Of a DNA stretch of 64,000 bases, positions 1 to 10,826 are shown one piece after another. The notes below the pieces were generated by a model. The model was not told where the DNA came from, did not search any database, and was given only the letters and a program-made list of their open reading frames with translations. The stretch spans positions 4,192,001 through 4,256,000 of the forward strand of contig CBDCJV010000002.1 of NCBI GenBank assembly GCA_965217895.1. Direction: 5' to 3'. Numbering within the stretch: position 1 is the stretch's first letter; each line of letters opens with the position of its first letter. Source of the stretch: Waterburya sp. (GTDB lineage: Bacteria; Cyanobacteriota; Cyanobacteriia; Cyanobacteriales; Xenococcaceae). A program made the position numbers and the translations under genes.

Positions 1-459
1 ACCATCAAAATCCCCTGTTAAAGTGGCAAGACCTATTTCACGGAAATTATTATTTAAAATGTTTTGGCGATGACCCGTGGTACTTTTAAACAATGACTTA
101 TATACTTCAGATGTGGCTTCGGTAACGTTGAGAGTTCCTGTTGTGCCAAAATAGCCAATATTCTCTCCCAGAGTAGTATATTGATAACCAGCATTTTCCA
201 GGCGATCGCCTGGACTGCTCCCTCCTGCTCCAGTGTGGGAGAAAGTATCTGAATCTAGCATCCACTGGCTATGGGAATTAGCCACATCTGTTAATGATAA
301 GTTGAAAGCTAAAGGCTGTTTGACACTATTAGAGATAGTGTTGGGGGTTAGTCCTTCATTTAAATCAATTCCGTATAAATCTGCTTCTGCTGAAGGATTT
401 AAACGAGCGCGATTAATTAATTCGAGCATATATTGCTCGTGTACAGTGGGTTGGATCAT
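1..459 (-). CDS. CAP/SCP-domain secreted protein, N-terminal part (continues beyond window start)
   Basis: Manual translation from ATG at 459: MIQPTVHEQYMLELINRARLNP...SPGDRLENAGY...ENIGY...GHRQNILNNNFREIG, typical CAP motifs; absent from the ORF track because there is no stop in the window. Confidence 0.8.
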   Translation of the reverse strand, partial: MIQPTVHEQYMLELINRARLNPSAEADLYGIDLNEGLTPNTISNSVKQPLAFNLSLTDVANSHSQWMLDSDTFSHTGAGGSSPGDRLENAGYQYTTLGENIGYFGTTGTLNVTEATSEVYKSLFKSTTGHRQNILNNNFREIGLATLTGDFDG

Positions 460-705
460 GAATAGCACTTTTATTAATAATTGAAATTGTTATCAACTAC
501 TAATCTAGTCATGGCATTTAGTTTTGAAAACAGTATTTACAGCAGTTTTTTGTAGGTAAGCAAAAATTAAAAAGAGCAAAAATGTTTTCCGAAAAGCTCA
601 TTGACTACTAAGATTTATTTTTAAACATACACAGGCGATCGCCAAGAATAAAATTAATATAAAAAAAACTTATATGTAACATTATTAAAAACAATGCAAA
701 ATACT

Positions 706-734
706 TTGATAAAGTACAAATACTTAGTTATTAT
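706..734 (+). promoter_or_regulatory. sigma70-type promoter of psbA
   Basis: TTGATA-17 bp-TATTAT about 100 bp upstream of the psbA ATG. Confidence 0.55.
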
Positions 735-830
735 ATGAACATAGACAAAAGAAACACATTATTTTATCTCGTTTCTAAAGTCTTGTTCTTAACAGAACCT
801 TGAAAAACAAATAAAGCAATTATCTAACAC

Positions 831-1913
831 ATGACAACTACCTTACAACAACGCGAAACACGCGGAGCTTGGGAGAACTTCTGTCAGTGGATCACCAGCA
901 CCAACAACCGCATCTATGTCGGTTGGTTTGGAGTCCTAATGATCCCGACACTCCTAGCAGCAACAACCTGTTTCCTAATCGCCTTCGTCGCAGCACCCCC
1001 TGTAGACATCGACGGCATCCGTGAACCTGTAGCAGGTTCGCTACTATACGGAAACAACATCATCTCAGGTGCAGTAGTACCTAGCTCCAATGCAATTGGT
1101 CTTCACTTCTACCCAATTTGGGAAGCAGCATCACTTGACGAATGGTTATATAACGGTGGACCATACCAACTGATAATCTTTCACTTCCTGATCGGCGTAT
1201 TCTCATACCTGGGTCGTCAGTGGGAACTATCATTCAGATTAGGAATGCGTCCTTGGATATGTGTAGCCTACTCAGCACCAGTATCAGCAGCCACAGCAGT
1301 ATTTCTAATCTATCCCCTAGGACAAGGTTCATTCTCTGATGGTATGCCGCTGGGTATCTCTGGAACATTCAACTTCATGTTAGTCTTCCAAGCAGAACAC
1401 AACATCCTGATGCACCCGTTCCACATGTTAGGAGTAGCAGGAGTATTCGGTGGAGCATTATTCTCTGCCATGCACGGTTCGTTGGTAACATCATCCTTGG
1501 TACGTGAAACAACCGAAAGCGAATCACAAAACTACGGCTACAAATTCGGACAAGAAGAAGAAACATACAACATCGTCGCAGCCCACGGCTACTTCGGTCG
1601 TCTAATCTTCCAGTACGCAAGTTTCAACAACTCACGTGCCTTGCACTTCTTCTTAGGAGCATGGCCAGTAATCGGCATCTGGTTCACAGCAATGGGAATA
1701 TCCACCATGGCGTTCAACCTGAATGGATTTAACTTCAACCAGTCGGTAATGGATTCACAAGGTCGTGTAGTCAACACATGGGCAGACATCTTGAACCGAG
1801 CCAACCTAGGTTTTGAGGTCATGCACGAACGTAACGCTCACAACTTCCCGCTTGACTTAGCCAGTGGCGATATTGCTCCTGTAGCACTAACTGCTCCTGC
1901 TATCAACGGTTAA
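831..1913 (+). CDS. psbA: Photosystem II D1 protein (D1:1-type, Gln130)
   Basis: 360 aa, unmistakable D1 sequence ([33 protein letters not shown]); YLGRQWE gives Q130. Confidence 0.99.
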   Translation: MTTTLQQRETRGAWENFCQWITSTNNRIYVGWFGVLMIPTLLAATTCFLIAFVAAPPVDIDGIREPVAGSLLYGNNIISGAVVPSSNAIGLHFYPIWEAASLDEWLYNGGPYQLIIFHFLIGVFSYLGRQWELSFRLGMRPWICVAYSAPVSAATAVFLIYPLGQGSFSDGMPLGISGTFNFMLVFQAEHNILMHPFHMLGVAGVFGGALFSAMHGSLVTSSLVRETTESESQNYGYKFGQEEETYNIVAAHGYFGRLIFQYASFNNSRALHFFLGAWPVIGIWFTAMGISTMAFNLNGFNFNQSVMDSQGRVVNTWADILNRANLGFEVMHERNAHNFPLDLASGDIAPVALTAPAING

Positions 1914-1949
1914 ATTGACCCTGATTACAGTTCTGTAATTGATTAATTG

Positions 1950-1986
1950 AAAAAAAGCTCTCCAGCGCTGGAGAGCTTTTTTTTTT
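1950..1986 (+). terminator. Rho-independent terminator after psbA
   Basis: AAAAAAGCTCTCCAGCGCTGGAGAGCTTTTTTTTTT: GC-rich inverted repeat followed by a long T tract. Confidence 0.9.
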
Positions 1987-2347
1987 GGCTATTTTTATTT
2001 TACATTAATGGTTTGGGCGACGTTGAAGTTTTTAAAAGCGATCGCGTCAATCTTTTGATCGAACATTGCACTCGGTGTTTTTCAAGATAAATCCACTCCC
2101 CAAAAGTGGGAACATCGCGAGCAGGTAACTAATAGCCAGCAGATAAACAATCTAGTACCAGCTAACTATCATCAAGATTCTGAACTAATGCGATCACTAA
2201 TTTTAGGCATCGAATGTATTGGCAAACAAATCGCTCTACTTCAGCTCAGTATTGGAGAATAACAGGTAGTCTAAAAAAACTGATGTTATAAAGTAAGAAG
2301 TCATCTAGACTCTAAGCGTAACGGTTAACAATTATTTATTTTTATCT

Positions 2348-2722
2348 ATGTCTACTATTGAACAAATTAAACCTGCTGGTCAGGCTGATGTAATTATTTA
2401 TGTACCTTATTATCCAAAAAATAAACATAGTTGGCTGCCTCATGCGATCGCTTTATATCGTGAAGCATCTTTAGAAGGAGAAAGGCAGGTAGAAGGTGCA
2501 GAAAGTATTCCTTTTGTAGCTACTTGGTATGTATCCAAATTACCATCAGAGTTAACTCGTTGTCGTTTACAGTTTGATGGACAGGCAGAATTGAGTTATG
2601 AAGTAACATTGTCTAACTCAGAGTTTATTGATTATCTAATTGATGTCATCATGAACTTTAAACGTTCTAACACAACAGATTTTCCTAGAGATTTTTATCG
2701 AAAACTGTTGCGCTTTGAATAG
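2348..2722 (+). CDS. ebsA: Type IV pilus/secretion protein EbsA
   Basis: 124 aa; YxPYY...LPxAIxLY...EGxRxVEG...PF...CRLQFDGxAELSYE pattern of cyanobacterial EbsA. Confidence 0.85.
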   Translation: MSTIEQIKPAGQADVIIYVPYYPKNKHSWLPHAIALYREASLEGERQVEGAESIPFVATWYVSKLPSELTRCRLQFDGQAELSYEVTLSNSEFIDYLIDVIMNFKRSNTTDFPRDFYRKLLRFE

Positions 2723-2734
2723 ACTATAAATCAC

Positions 2735-2772
2735 TGGGCTTGAATGCTGCTTGCAAGCGATATTTAAGCCCA
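2735..2772. terminator. Intergenic stem-loop between ebsA and the DRTGG gene
   Basis: TGGGCTTGAAT...ATTTAAGCCCA arms with inner GCTTGCAAGC. Confidence 0.4.
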
Positions 2773-2805
2773 CTACAATAAATAATATTATCAAGGAGCG
2801 AGGGC

Positions 2806-3894
2806 GTGGCTACATCTGCTAAACATCTTCTAATCGCCTCAACTGAGGCTCACAGCGGTAAATCGGCAACCATATTGGGTTTAAGCCGATTATCTTTAGA
2901 AAGAGAAATATCTATTGGTTATGGACAACCTTTGGCAACCGATCTACAAAAAAACTCTCAGAATGAAGATGATAGAGATGTTAATTTTCTAGCTGCTACT
3001 TTGGGATTATCCGTTAAGCAAATTAAGCCACCCTTATTGAGGTTGGATCATCAGACAATTAGTCAGCGTCTTCAAGGTAAAGATGATCGAGACTATACTC
3101 AAGCTCTACAAGAATACATCAAACAAATTGAAGGTGATTTAATTCTACTAGAAGGTTCTAGCAATCTTTGGGAAGGCAGTATTTTTAATCTGTCAGTGCC
3201 AGAAATTGCCGAATCAATAAATGCTAAAATTCTTTTAGTAGCTCCCTATCATCCTCTACTTTCAGTTGGGAGCTTATTAGCAGCGAAAAAGTTTTTGGGC
3301 GATCGCCTTTTAGGAGTTGTTTTAAATGATATTTCTCCAACAGAATTAGCCAACGCTAAAGATACGGTAAAGCCTTACTTGGAAGCTCAAAATATTCCTG
3401 TTTTGGGCATGATTCCTCAAGATCGCATTTTAAATAGTATTAGCGTTAGAGAGATAGCCACAAGACTAAATGCCAATGTTTTGTGTTGTCCTGAACATTT
3501 AGACTGGATGGTAGAAAGCTTGAGCATTGGGGCAATGAACGTTAACTCAGCTTTAGGCTACTTCCGCCAGCGAGAAAATATGGCTGTAGTTACAGGTGGC
3601 GATCGCGCTGAGTTGCAAATGGCAGCCTTGGAGACTTCGACTCACTGTCTGATTTTAACAGGTCGCATTCCGCCCAAAGATTTGATTATTGAGCGTGCAG
3701 AGAGTCTAGACATTCCCATTCTCTCAGTAGACACGGATACTTTAACTACCGTAGAAGTGGTTGATGGTGCTTTCGGTAAAGTTTCGATCCACGAACCAAT
3801 CAAAGTAGAACAAATTCAAAAGCTGATGGAGCAACACTTTGATATTGAGAGACTGATACAGCAGCTTGGTCTAGAAGTAGTGAAATCAGTATAA
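2806..3894 (+). CDS. Phosphotransacetylase-family protein (BioD-like N-terminus + DRTGG domain)
   Basis: HSGKS P-loop-like motif and VVTGGDR (DRTGG) motif; 362 aa. Confidence 0.85.
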   Translation: MATSAKHLLIASTEAHSGKSATILGLSRLSLEREISIGYGQPLATDLQKNSQNEDDRDVNFLAATLGLSVKQIKPPLLRLDHQTISQRLQGKDDRDYTQALQEYIKQIEGDLILLEGSSNLWEGSIFNLSVPEIAESINAKILLVAPYHPLLSVGSLLAAKKFLGDRLLGVVLNDISPTELANAKDTVKPYLEAQNIPVLGMIPQDRILNSISVREIATRLNANVLCCPEHLDWMVESLSIGAMNVNSALGYFRQRENMAVVTGGDRAELQMAALETSTHCLILTGRIPPKDLIIERAESLDIPILSVDTDTLTTVEVVDGAFGKVSIHEPIKVEQIQKLMEQHFDIERLIQQLGLEVVKSV

Positions 3895-4072
3895 AATAAG
3901 TCTTTTTGTCGCTATTGGCTTTTAAGAGAAAGCACAAAGTTCAACTTACTCAGTATATTAGTCAACCAAATCCATGTAGTTAAGAACATTTAACTAAAGT
4001 CTTTTAAAGCTTTTTTAATCCACACAAGGCGTAAAATATAATATAGATTTAAAATTTAGGACTAGATTTTTC

Positions 4073-4270
4073 ATGACAATGAAATTTAAAGTACCCAGCA
4101 TAGTTTGTGCTGGTTGCATAGATACGATAAAAGAAGCAATTATTACTGAGGAACCCAAAGCCAAAGTTGAGATAGATTTAGACTCAAAACAGGTGATGGT
4201 AGACACCGATGCCTCAGAAGAATCTATTAGGCAAATTATTACCGCAGTTGGACACACTGTTGAGGGATAA
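4073..4270 (+). CDS. Heavy-metal-associated domain protein (CopZ/Atx1-like chaperone)
   Basis: 65 aa with IVCAGC metal-binding motif. Confidence 0.85.
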   Translation: MTMKFKVPSIVCAGCIDTIKEAIITEEPKAKVEIDLDSKQVMVDTDASEESIRQIITAVGHTVEG

Positions 4271-4348
4271 ATGAAGGGATGAGAGATTAGGGATGAAGGA
4301 TAAGGAGTCAAAAAAAGTTCTCATCCCTCTCATCTCTAACTAAAATAT

Positions 4349-5410
4349 TTAAATAGGTGTTGCAGCTTTTACACCCAGAGTTTGTAGCTGAGTAAGTTTA
4401 GCTGCAACTTCTCCTGTAGACAATATTTTTTCGGCTAACTCAAAAGCAGATTCTAAACTAGAAGCTTGCTTAAAACGCCATAAATAAAAACCACCGTTGA
4501 GAATGGCAGCAGGAAATAGTTTACTGTTGTCTCCTTGAATAACTGCTTTAATTAAAGCGATCGCCTGCTCTTTGGATTCTAAAGGAACATCAGAACCATT
4601 TAAATCATAGTCTTTTGGGTCAAGTAAAAGGCGTTCAAAGCTTTTTTGTGAGCTACTCATAGCAATAATTCCTGTACGACTACGAGCAAGATCACAGCTA
4701 CCTTCTAAACCCTTAACTAAGGTAAAGTCTTTAGTCTGACGAAGCTTAAAAGTTGAGCAAAAACGCTCTTCGGTTGGTGGATGGACAAACCCCGCTACCA
4801 AATGACAATCTCCCATTATAGGACTCCAGACTAATTCCGCAGTGGCGAAAGGAGGACGCTTGCCGATTTGTTCACGAAAGCTCACAAAATCATGGGCAGT
4901 AGGGAAATGTTGTGGCAGGTAAATAAAGCCCACGTTGCTTTGGTTATAGATATTCTGAATCTGAGCTAGATTAAATTTAGCAAAATCTACTCCTAGCTGT
5001 TGCCAAATTTCGAGCAGGGGAATGCCATATTTGGTGGGCATACAGTCGCCCCCGTGCATGACGACAGGTATGTCCGCAGTAGCTAAAATTAAAGCAGTAA
5101 TGATGGTAACTGGCACAGTTCGCGATCGCCCATCATAAGGATTACCCAGCACAACTGGTTGATAGTCATGTTTGGGGTTTATTTCTATTCTTGAACCAAG
5201 CCGATCAAAAGCGTCAAGAATTCCCGCTAATTCTTCTGGAGTTGGGCGTTTGATTCGATGAGCAATTAGAAAAGCCCCAATTTGTGCAGGAGTCGCTTCT
5301 TGCAACAACATCATTTCAGTCGCTTTTGCAGATTCAGCACGAGTGAGATTTTTACTGGTGTGAGTACCGCTACCAACTCTTTTTAATAATTCTCGAAACT
5401 CATCGCTCAT
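4349..5410 (-). CDS. cnaT: Anthranilate phosphoribosyltransferase-like protein (YbiB/TrpD2; CnaT of nitrate assimilation)
   Basis: PAQIGAFLIAHRIKRP, PYDGRSR, HGGDCMPTKYG motifs; lies directly downstream of an ntcB-like gene as in Anabaena. Confidence 0.75.
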   Translation of the reverse strand: MSDEFRELLKRVGSGTHTSKNLTRAESAKATEMMLLQEATPAQIGAFLIAHRIKRPTPEELAGILDAFDRLGSRIEINPKHDYQPVVLGNPYDGRSRTVPVTIITALILATADIPVVMHGGDCMPTKYGIPLLEIWQQLGVDFAKFNLAQIQNIYNQSNVGFIYLPQHFPTAHDFVSFREQIGKRPPFATAELVWSPIMGDCHLVAGFVHPPTEERFCSTFKLRQTKDFTLVKGLEGSCDLARSRTGIIAMSSSQKSFERLLLDPKDYDLNGSDVPLESKEQAIALIKAVIQGDNSKLFPAAILNGGFYLWRFKQASSLESAFELAEKILSTGEVAAKLTQLQTLGVKAATPI

Positions 5411-5459
5411 GATTTGTCTGGGTTCATTTTTGAATTGAGAATGATTTTGTCTTTAGTTA

Positions 5460-6425
5460 TTAGTTATTAGTTATTAGTTCCATTGCCGAGTGGTTGGCAG
5501 ATTTTCCCATGTCTTTGACTAGTTGATAAAAGTGAGCAATGGGAGGAATCATCAGGCGATCGCGAGTTGTCACCATCACTACCTGACGGGTTAAAACTCC
5601 ATCTATTTCTCCAGTGATGCTTTTGGCTATGTCAGGTTGAGAAATAGGTCTGATGGCTAAGGTAGGGTCATTATAGGAATCAATTAAAGCTTTGTTGGGT
5701 AAAAGAGCAATCATTTCTCCCTGACGAATTACGCCTCTAAAGGCATCAAGAGTATTTAATTCCATCGCCGTTTTGATTTGCACATTTTGTTCCTTAAACC
5801 AGTCTTGAACCAACCTTTGCATCCCATAGCCATCTTTAAAGACAATCTGGGGGTACTTAACTAATTCCAAAAGGGGAATATTTGTTAGCTTGCTCAAAGG
5901 ATGGTTGGCAGCCATCAAAACATCTATCTCTTCTTCGTAAAGTACAGTCAATTCAACTTCAGCAGAAGCAGTGAGAAAACGATTGTTCATCACAATTGCC
6001 AAATCAATCAAGCCATCCCGCAAAACCTTTAAAGCGCGATCGCTACCTAGAGCCGTAACTCTCAACTGAACTTCAGGGTAGTCTTGACAAAATTGTTGCA
6101 GAATTGGCGGTAGATAATGAGCGCATACCGAATGAATAGCCGCAACACAAAGTTCGGGCTGCTTACCAGCAATTAGATCTGCACACTCATTAGTAGCTTT
6201 GCTCCATTCCTGGCAAATTTTTTGCGCCCTAGGCAACAACTTTTCCCCGCCCAAAGTTAACTTGGCTTGGGTGCTACGGTGAAACAAGGGTAAACCCAAA
6301 TCTTGTTCTAATGACTGTATTTGACGGCTAATAGTAGACTGGGTAATACCGCATTTTTTAGCTGCATGCCCAAAATTTCCTGTTTCTGTAATCGCAATAA
6401 ATGCTTGCAACTGCTCAATTCGCAT
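5460..6425 (-). CDS. ntcB: LysR-family regulator NtcB
   Basis: MRIEQLQAF...TQSTISRQIQSLE HTH; ALGSDRALKVLRDG and FKDGYGMQRLVQ typical of NtcB; synteny with cnaT. Confidence 0.8.
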   Translation of the reverse strand: MRIEQLQAFIAITETGNFGHAAKKCGITQSTISRQIQSLEQDLGLPLFHRSTQAKLTLGGEKLLPRAQKICQEWSKATNECADLIAGKQPELCVAAIHSVCAHYLPPILQQFCQDYPEVQLRVTALGSDRALKVLRDGLIDLAIVMNNRFLTASAEVELTVLYEEEIDVLMAANHPLSKLTNIPLLELVKYPQIVFKDGYGMQRLVQDWFKEQNVQIKTAMELNTLDAFRGVIRQGEMIALLPNKALIDSYNDPTLAIRPISQPDIAKSITGEIDGVLTRQVVMVTTRDRLMIPPIAHFYQLVKDMGKSANHSAMELITNN

Positions 6426-6478
6426 ACTTCTCTAAACGCAAGCAACCATAGTTTACTGTTGACTTACCACTCTAGATG

Positions 6479-6521
6479 AAGATAGCTGATTTGCTAAGCA
6501 ACTTTTCGTATAAAAGACGAC
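6479..6521 (-). promoter_or_regulatory. Possible imperfect NtcA-activated promoter of ntcB
   Basis: Minus strand GTC-N8-TAC (one mismatch to GTA-N8-TAC), 23 nt before TATCTT (TAN3T). Confidence 0.3.
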
Positions 6522-6564
6522 ATTAATTGATTACGGTATGTGGAATTTCTGAACATAAACAGAT

Positions 6565-7590
6565 TTATGTACGTCGAGGAAAAGTAGGCAGATCGACCGC
6601 TGCTAAAGACTGGGGTTTTTTGCTCGAAGAAGATTTAGCTGCTGTTTTAGGCTTAGCTACTTGCTGCGAGGTGGATGCCGACCAAGTTGCAATTTCTGCT
6701 GCCGTCTTAACGGTTTGATGAGCTATTTTGGATAGCTTAGTTTGGGGTAAAGAAATTCTTGTTTCTGAGGTAGCGTAAGCTGTCCAAGGCTTGATGGATT
6801 TACGATGCAAATCAGTTTGATTAGAATCAACAACTGGTTTTTGATCGAGGCTTTGATTAGACTCAGTAGCTTTTTCGGTATAACGTTTTAGTTCAGCTTT
6901 ATACTGGACTGCATAACGCTGTTGCTGACTAAGTTTTGCCCTTAGATCTTTGATTTGTTCTTCTTTGGCAGTTAATTCATAGGCTTGATTGTTGTAACCT
7001 TCCTGTAACAAAGTACATTCTCTTTCTAACTGAGCAGTTTGTTGTTGAGATAGTTCATTTTGCTGAAATAAATTATCAATAACAGCTTTTTGCTTTTCTA
7101 TTGTTTGTAGAGATCCAGATAATTTCTGGGTAATTTGTTGATTTAAATCGGCTATCTTTACCTGATAGGTTTCAATTTCTTCTGCCTGTTGGGCTACAAG
7201 CAAATCGCTACTACGGGCTTTTTCAGCCTGTTTACTAAACTTATTATTTATATCTGCTAATTCTTGTTCAAGTCGAAATACGTTTTTCAATAGTTTACGA
7301 TTATATTCTCGTAATTTGTGAGCAACTTTTTGCCAGTTCATTTTTGTTTCTGAAGGTTTTTGCTGCTCTATAGAGTTGCTCTTGGATGGGCAATCATCCT
7401 GATTGAAATTACTATCAGATGAATTAGAATCATTCTCGATAGCTTGGCTACTGTCTATTTGTCTTGCTTTATTGCAATTCTGTGCTTGATAATCATTTGT
7501 GGTGGAGATAAATTCAACATCAGATTCTGAGTTGAAAGAAGCAGCATTATTGTTAACTTCGCTCATAATATCTATATTTGGGTTGGTCAA
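6565..7590 (-). CDS. Hypothetical coiled-coil protein
   Basis: 341 aa Q/E-rich heptads, WQKVAHKLREYN, C-terminal VDLPTFPR; real start may be the ATG near 7566. Confidence 0.7.
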   Translation of the reverse strand: MTNPNIDIMSEVNNNAASFNSESDVEFISTTNDYQAQNCNKARQIDSSQAIENDSNSSDSNFNQDDCPSKSNSIEQQKPSETKMNWQKVAHKLREYNRKLLKNVFRLEQELADINNKFSKQAEKARSSDLLVAQQAEEIETYQVKIADLNQQITQKLSGSLQTIEKQKAVIDNLFQQNELSQQQTAQLERECTLLQEGYNNQAYELTAKEEQIKDLRAKLSQQQRYAVQYKAELKRYTEKATESNQSLDQKPVVDSNQTDLHRKSIKPWTAYATSETRISLPQTKLSKIAHQTVKTAAEIATWSASTSQQVAKPKTAAKSSSSKKPQSLAAVDLPTFPRRT

Positions 7591-7795
7591 AATATTGCAG
7601 TCATAAAATCTAAATAACTTAAGTAATTACTCATAGATGAGTATGCCATAATTGTTGGCTAGACAATCATCGCTGTTTTGTTATTTTCTAAACTTTAGTA
7701 TAAATGTCAGTTAATGATGTTTATTAGTTTTTTTACTTAGCTTTAGATTTGGCTAAATATAGCTTAAACGTTGTGCTAAAAAATGCCAAGGTTCG

Positions 7796-8848
7796 TTAAC
7801 TATTAGTAATCACTTGACTCAATAATTGCTGATGAATTAATGAGCGGTCGATTATCGATTGAATTTGAACCCGATTTAAAGCTTCTTCATCATGATAGTG
7901 TTCTTGCCAAGTACGGCTAATTTCTTGAGGATCTTCAGGTAGATTAGTTAACTCATATCCTGGTAAATTTACCTCAGACATTAATTGGCTAACTTTAGGA
8001 TCATAACTGAGGGCAAAGCAGTTACAGCCTTCTGCTGCTGCCATAATCAAACTATGGAGACGCATCCCGATCGCCATTTTTACCTCCTTGAATAATCCTT
8101 TTAATTCTTGAGGATCTCCAATTAACGTTACAGTATAATTCTGCTCTAGCTGTGCTGCAATTTTATCGGCGATCGCCCGATCTTGAACAGGCTGAAAGGG
8201 AATCAGTAAAATAAAGCTCTTGGTTTGAGCTTGAAAGTCTCTAAGAGCCTTGATTAAAGTTTGTAAACGGTTGGCTGTTAGTAGAGGATGCGATCGCAAT
8301 ATTACTGCCACTTTTGGCTGGTCTAAATCTTTTAAACCTTTTGCTGGCTTGCTTTGCAATGCCCATACAGGATCGGGGGCGACTACCGAATTTATTTGCC
8401 AACTGCTGAGTAATTGGGCAGAAGCTGTATCTCGAACGCTAATCGCATTACAGCCTGATAATGTTTGTTTTGTCAGCCAGCGAGTCAAAGACTTATTCAA
8501 TGGACCAATTCCTTGCGCCCAGGCGATCGTTTTTAAGCCTTTTTGTTGAGCTAGAGCCATCAAGCCTGCGTAGTATATAGGGCTAGCAATACTAGTAGAG
8601 TCCTGCATCAGACTACCGCCACCCCAAATAAAAACATCAGATTGTTTTAAAATATTAAGTATTGCCCAAGTTGATTTACGACGATAGCTAGGAACTCCAT
8701 ACTGTTTTTTGGTTGCTTTAGGATTACCAGATAGAATAATAGGCTCAACTGATTTAGGCAGCATTTGTAACAAAGACATTAGTAATGCTTCGTCTCCCGC
8801 ATTGCCCATGCCATAATATCCACACAATACTGCTCTAGTTTGATTCAT
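7796..8848 (-). CDS. csaB: Polysaccharide pyruvyl transferase CsaB
   Basis: GYYGMGNAGDEA, GGGSLMQD, AQGIGP, SVRD, GMRLH, SYDPKV motifs. Confidence 0.9.
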   Translation of the reverse strand: MNQTRAVLCGYYGMGNAGDEALLMSLLQMLPKSVEPIILSGNPKATKKQYGVPSYRRKSTWAILNILKQSDVFIWGGGSLMQDSTSIASPIYYAGLMALAQQKGLKTIAWAQGIGPLNKSLTRWLTKQTLSGCNAISVRDTASAQLLSSWQINSVVAPDPVWALQSKPAKGLKDLDQPKVAVILRSHPLLTANRLQTLIKALRDFQAQTKSFILLIPFQPVQDRAIADKIAAQLEQNYTVTLIGDPQELKGLFKEVKMAIGMRLHSLIMAAAEGCNCFALSYDPKVSQLMSEVNLPGYELTNLPEDPQEISRTWQEHYHDEEALNRVQIQSIIDRSLIHQQLLSQVITNS

Positions 8849-8963
8849 TATTTTTAGCTAATGTTACTGTTTTAGATATAGGTAGTTTTAATATGCTGAA
8901 TTGAAAGCAATACTGTTCCAGCTATTAGCTATCAGCTTTTTTAAAAGTAAGTTGAGTAGATTA

Positions 8964-9070
8964 TATAGCAATCGAATTGTAGATTAGAAAATCTCTTAAT
9001 CTCTCTGCGTCTTTGCGCCTTTGCGCGAGATAATTACTAATAGTCTTAACCTTATACTTCGACCACTATA
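8964..9070. repeat. Short MITE-like intergenic element
   Basis: Imperfect terminal inverted ends TATAGCAATCGAA...TTCGACCACTATA with internal (CT/TT)TGCG short repeats. Confidence 0.4.
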
Positions 9071-9107
9071 AAAGATTGATTTACTCAATACTTATTACTT
9101 ATACAAA

Positions 9108-10826
9108 ATGGATAATCTTATTGTTAATCAGGAATTGGCTCAATATCAATCAGGCTTAGATAGTTTATTAAGTCAGCTACAGGTTTTTGCCACAGATATA
9201 AAGAATCAGCGATTACAGGTAACGATTCGTAATCTACAGGCAAACATCAACGAGCCATTTCTGTTTGTGGTGGTGGGAGAAGTCAAGGCGGGAAAAAGCA
9301 GTTTTATTAACGCTTTACTCCAGTCAGATATTTGTAAGACCGCAGCCGACCCCTGCACAGATATTATTCAACAGATTGTCTATAGTGAAAAGAGATATGA
9401 GCAGCCAATTAATCAATATCTGCGGAAAATTGGCTTACCCAACGAAATTCTAAAAACTTTGTCTGTTGTGGATACTCCTGGAACGAATACTGTAGTTGAT
9501 AATCATCAGGAAATTACTCATGAATTTATTCCTAATAGCGATCTAATCTTTTTTGTTTTCTTTGCCAAAAATCCTTACACTCGCAGTGCGTGGGAATTGT
9601 TAGATTATGTCAACACCGAGTGGCGCAAAAAAGTCGTCTTTGTACTGCAACAGGCGGATTTGGCTAAACCCGAAGAATTAGCCAAGAACAAAGAAAAGCT
9701 GACCGAGTTGGCATTGCAAAAGGGTATTAGATACCCGATGGTCTTTGCTACCTCAGTTGAGTTGGAAGTAAACGGAGATCAGCAGCATAGCGGCTTTACA
9801 GAAGTAAGAAACTATATTCAGCAGACGCTTAAAGATGGCGGGACGAAAAGGCTTAAGCTACAGGGAGTAGCCAGAACTAGCGATAAAATTATTGATTTAC
9901 TAGGAAAAGACTTGTTAGCGATTGAGCAGCAATTGGTTAAAGATCGACTAGTAGTCGGCAAAATAAAAGCCAAATTACAGCAAAATAAAAGACAGTCAGG
10001 TTTTGAACTGGAATCTTTAATTAATCGTCTACTGACTAAATACGATACAATCACCGCTAAAGTAAAAGCCGACTTTCGCGAACAGCTATCTCTATTGACA
10101 ATGGTTAAAGGTTCATTTGCTGTGCTACTGCGGACTAAAAAATCTGCGCCAACCTGGATGGATGAATTAAAACAAAGCTGTGAAAACGAGTTAAAAGCTT
10201 CTTTAGGAGAAATATCCCAAGATGGCATCAAGCATTTTGTCGGCGGAATTAAAAGACTCTTACAAAGCCTAGTTAATGATTTACATGATATAAAAGTCAA
10301 TCAAATTAGCACCAATGCGATCGCTCTAAATACTCTTGAAAGTCGTCAAGAAATAGTCGAAGAAGTGCAGCAAAAAGTAGCTACCTTGCTGAATGATAAA
10401 ACCTTTCTTTATTCGATTGAATCACTTAATGCTTGTGTTGCTCCTAGGCTTGTGGGTGCTGGTGCAGCTACGGTTGCGGGTACGGCGATCGCAGCATTAA
10501 CCGAGATTGTCTTATTAGATATCATTGGTACTGCTTTTGCTGGCGTAGGTATTCTCTTTGCTGGCGGAACATTGGTGTTCAAAAAACGCAAAATGATTCG
10601 TCGATTTGAAGATCAACTCGATCGGGAAAAGGCTCGTTTTCAAAGGGAATTATCGGCTAAGTTAAATTCTAAATTAGATATTATTTACGAAGAAATTGAG
10701 CGTAATTTTGTCAACATTTATGATTATGTGGAAAATGAAGAACAAAAAATATCGCCGTTAATCAATCAGTTTGAACAAATTGAACTGAAGCAGAAGCAAT
10801 TGTTAACAGATAACAAGCATGAATAA
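9108..10826 (+). CDS. Bacterial dynamin-like GTPase
   Basis: G1 GEVKAGKSS, G2 PCTD, G3 DTPG, helical stalk and hydrophobic paddle (GAGAATVAG...GILFAGG). Confidence 0.85.
   Translation: MDNLIVNQELAQYQSGLDSLLSQLQVFATDIKNQRLQVTIRNLQANINEPFLFVVVGEVKAGKSSFINALLQSDICKTAADPCTDIIQQIVYSEKRYEQPINQYLRKIGLPNEILKTLSVVDTPGTNTVVDNHQEITHEFIPNSDLIFFVFFAKNPYTRSAWELLDYVNTEWRKKVVFVLQQADLAKPEELAKNKEKLTELALQKGIRYPMVFATSVELEVNGDQQHSGFTEVRNYIQQTLKDGGTKRLKLQGVARTSDKIIDLLGKDLLAIEQQLVKDRLVVGKIKAKLQQNKRQSGFELESLINRLLTKYDTITAKVKADFREQLSLLTMVKGSFAVLLRTKKSAPTWMDELKQSCENELKASLGEISQDGIKHFVGGIKRLLQSLVNDLHDIKVNQISTNAIALNTLESRQEIVEEVQQKVATLLNDKTFLYSIESLNACVAPRLVGAGAATVAGTAIAALTEIVLLDIIGTAFAGVGILFAGGTLVFKKRKMIRRFEDQLDREKARFQRELSAKLNSKLDIIYEEIERNFVNIYDYVENEEQKISPLINQFEQIELKQKQLLTDNKHE

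Noticed and set aside
831..1913. Atypical D1 (rogue, microaerobic, far-red or high-light form)
   Set aside because: Mn-ligand regions look canonical, with G80/F158/T286 and Q130: an ordinary D1:1
2008..2262. Possible small gene or remnant after the psbA terminator (…PQKWEHREQV…)
   Set aside because: No clear start, broken frames and no recognisable family
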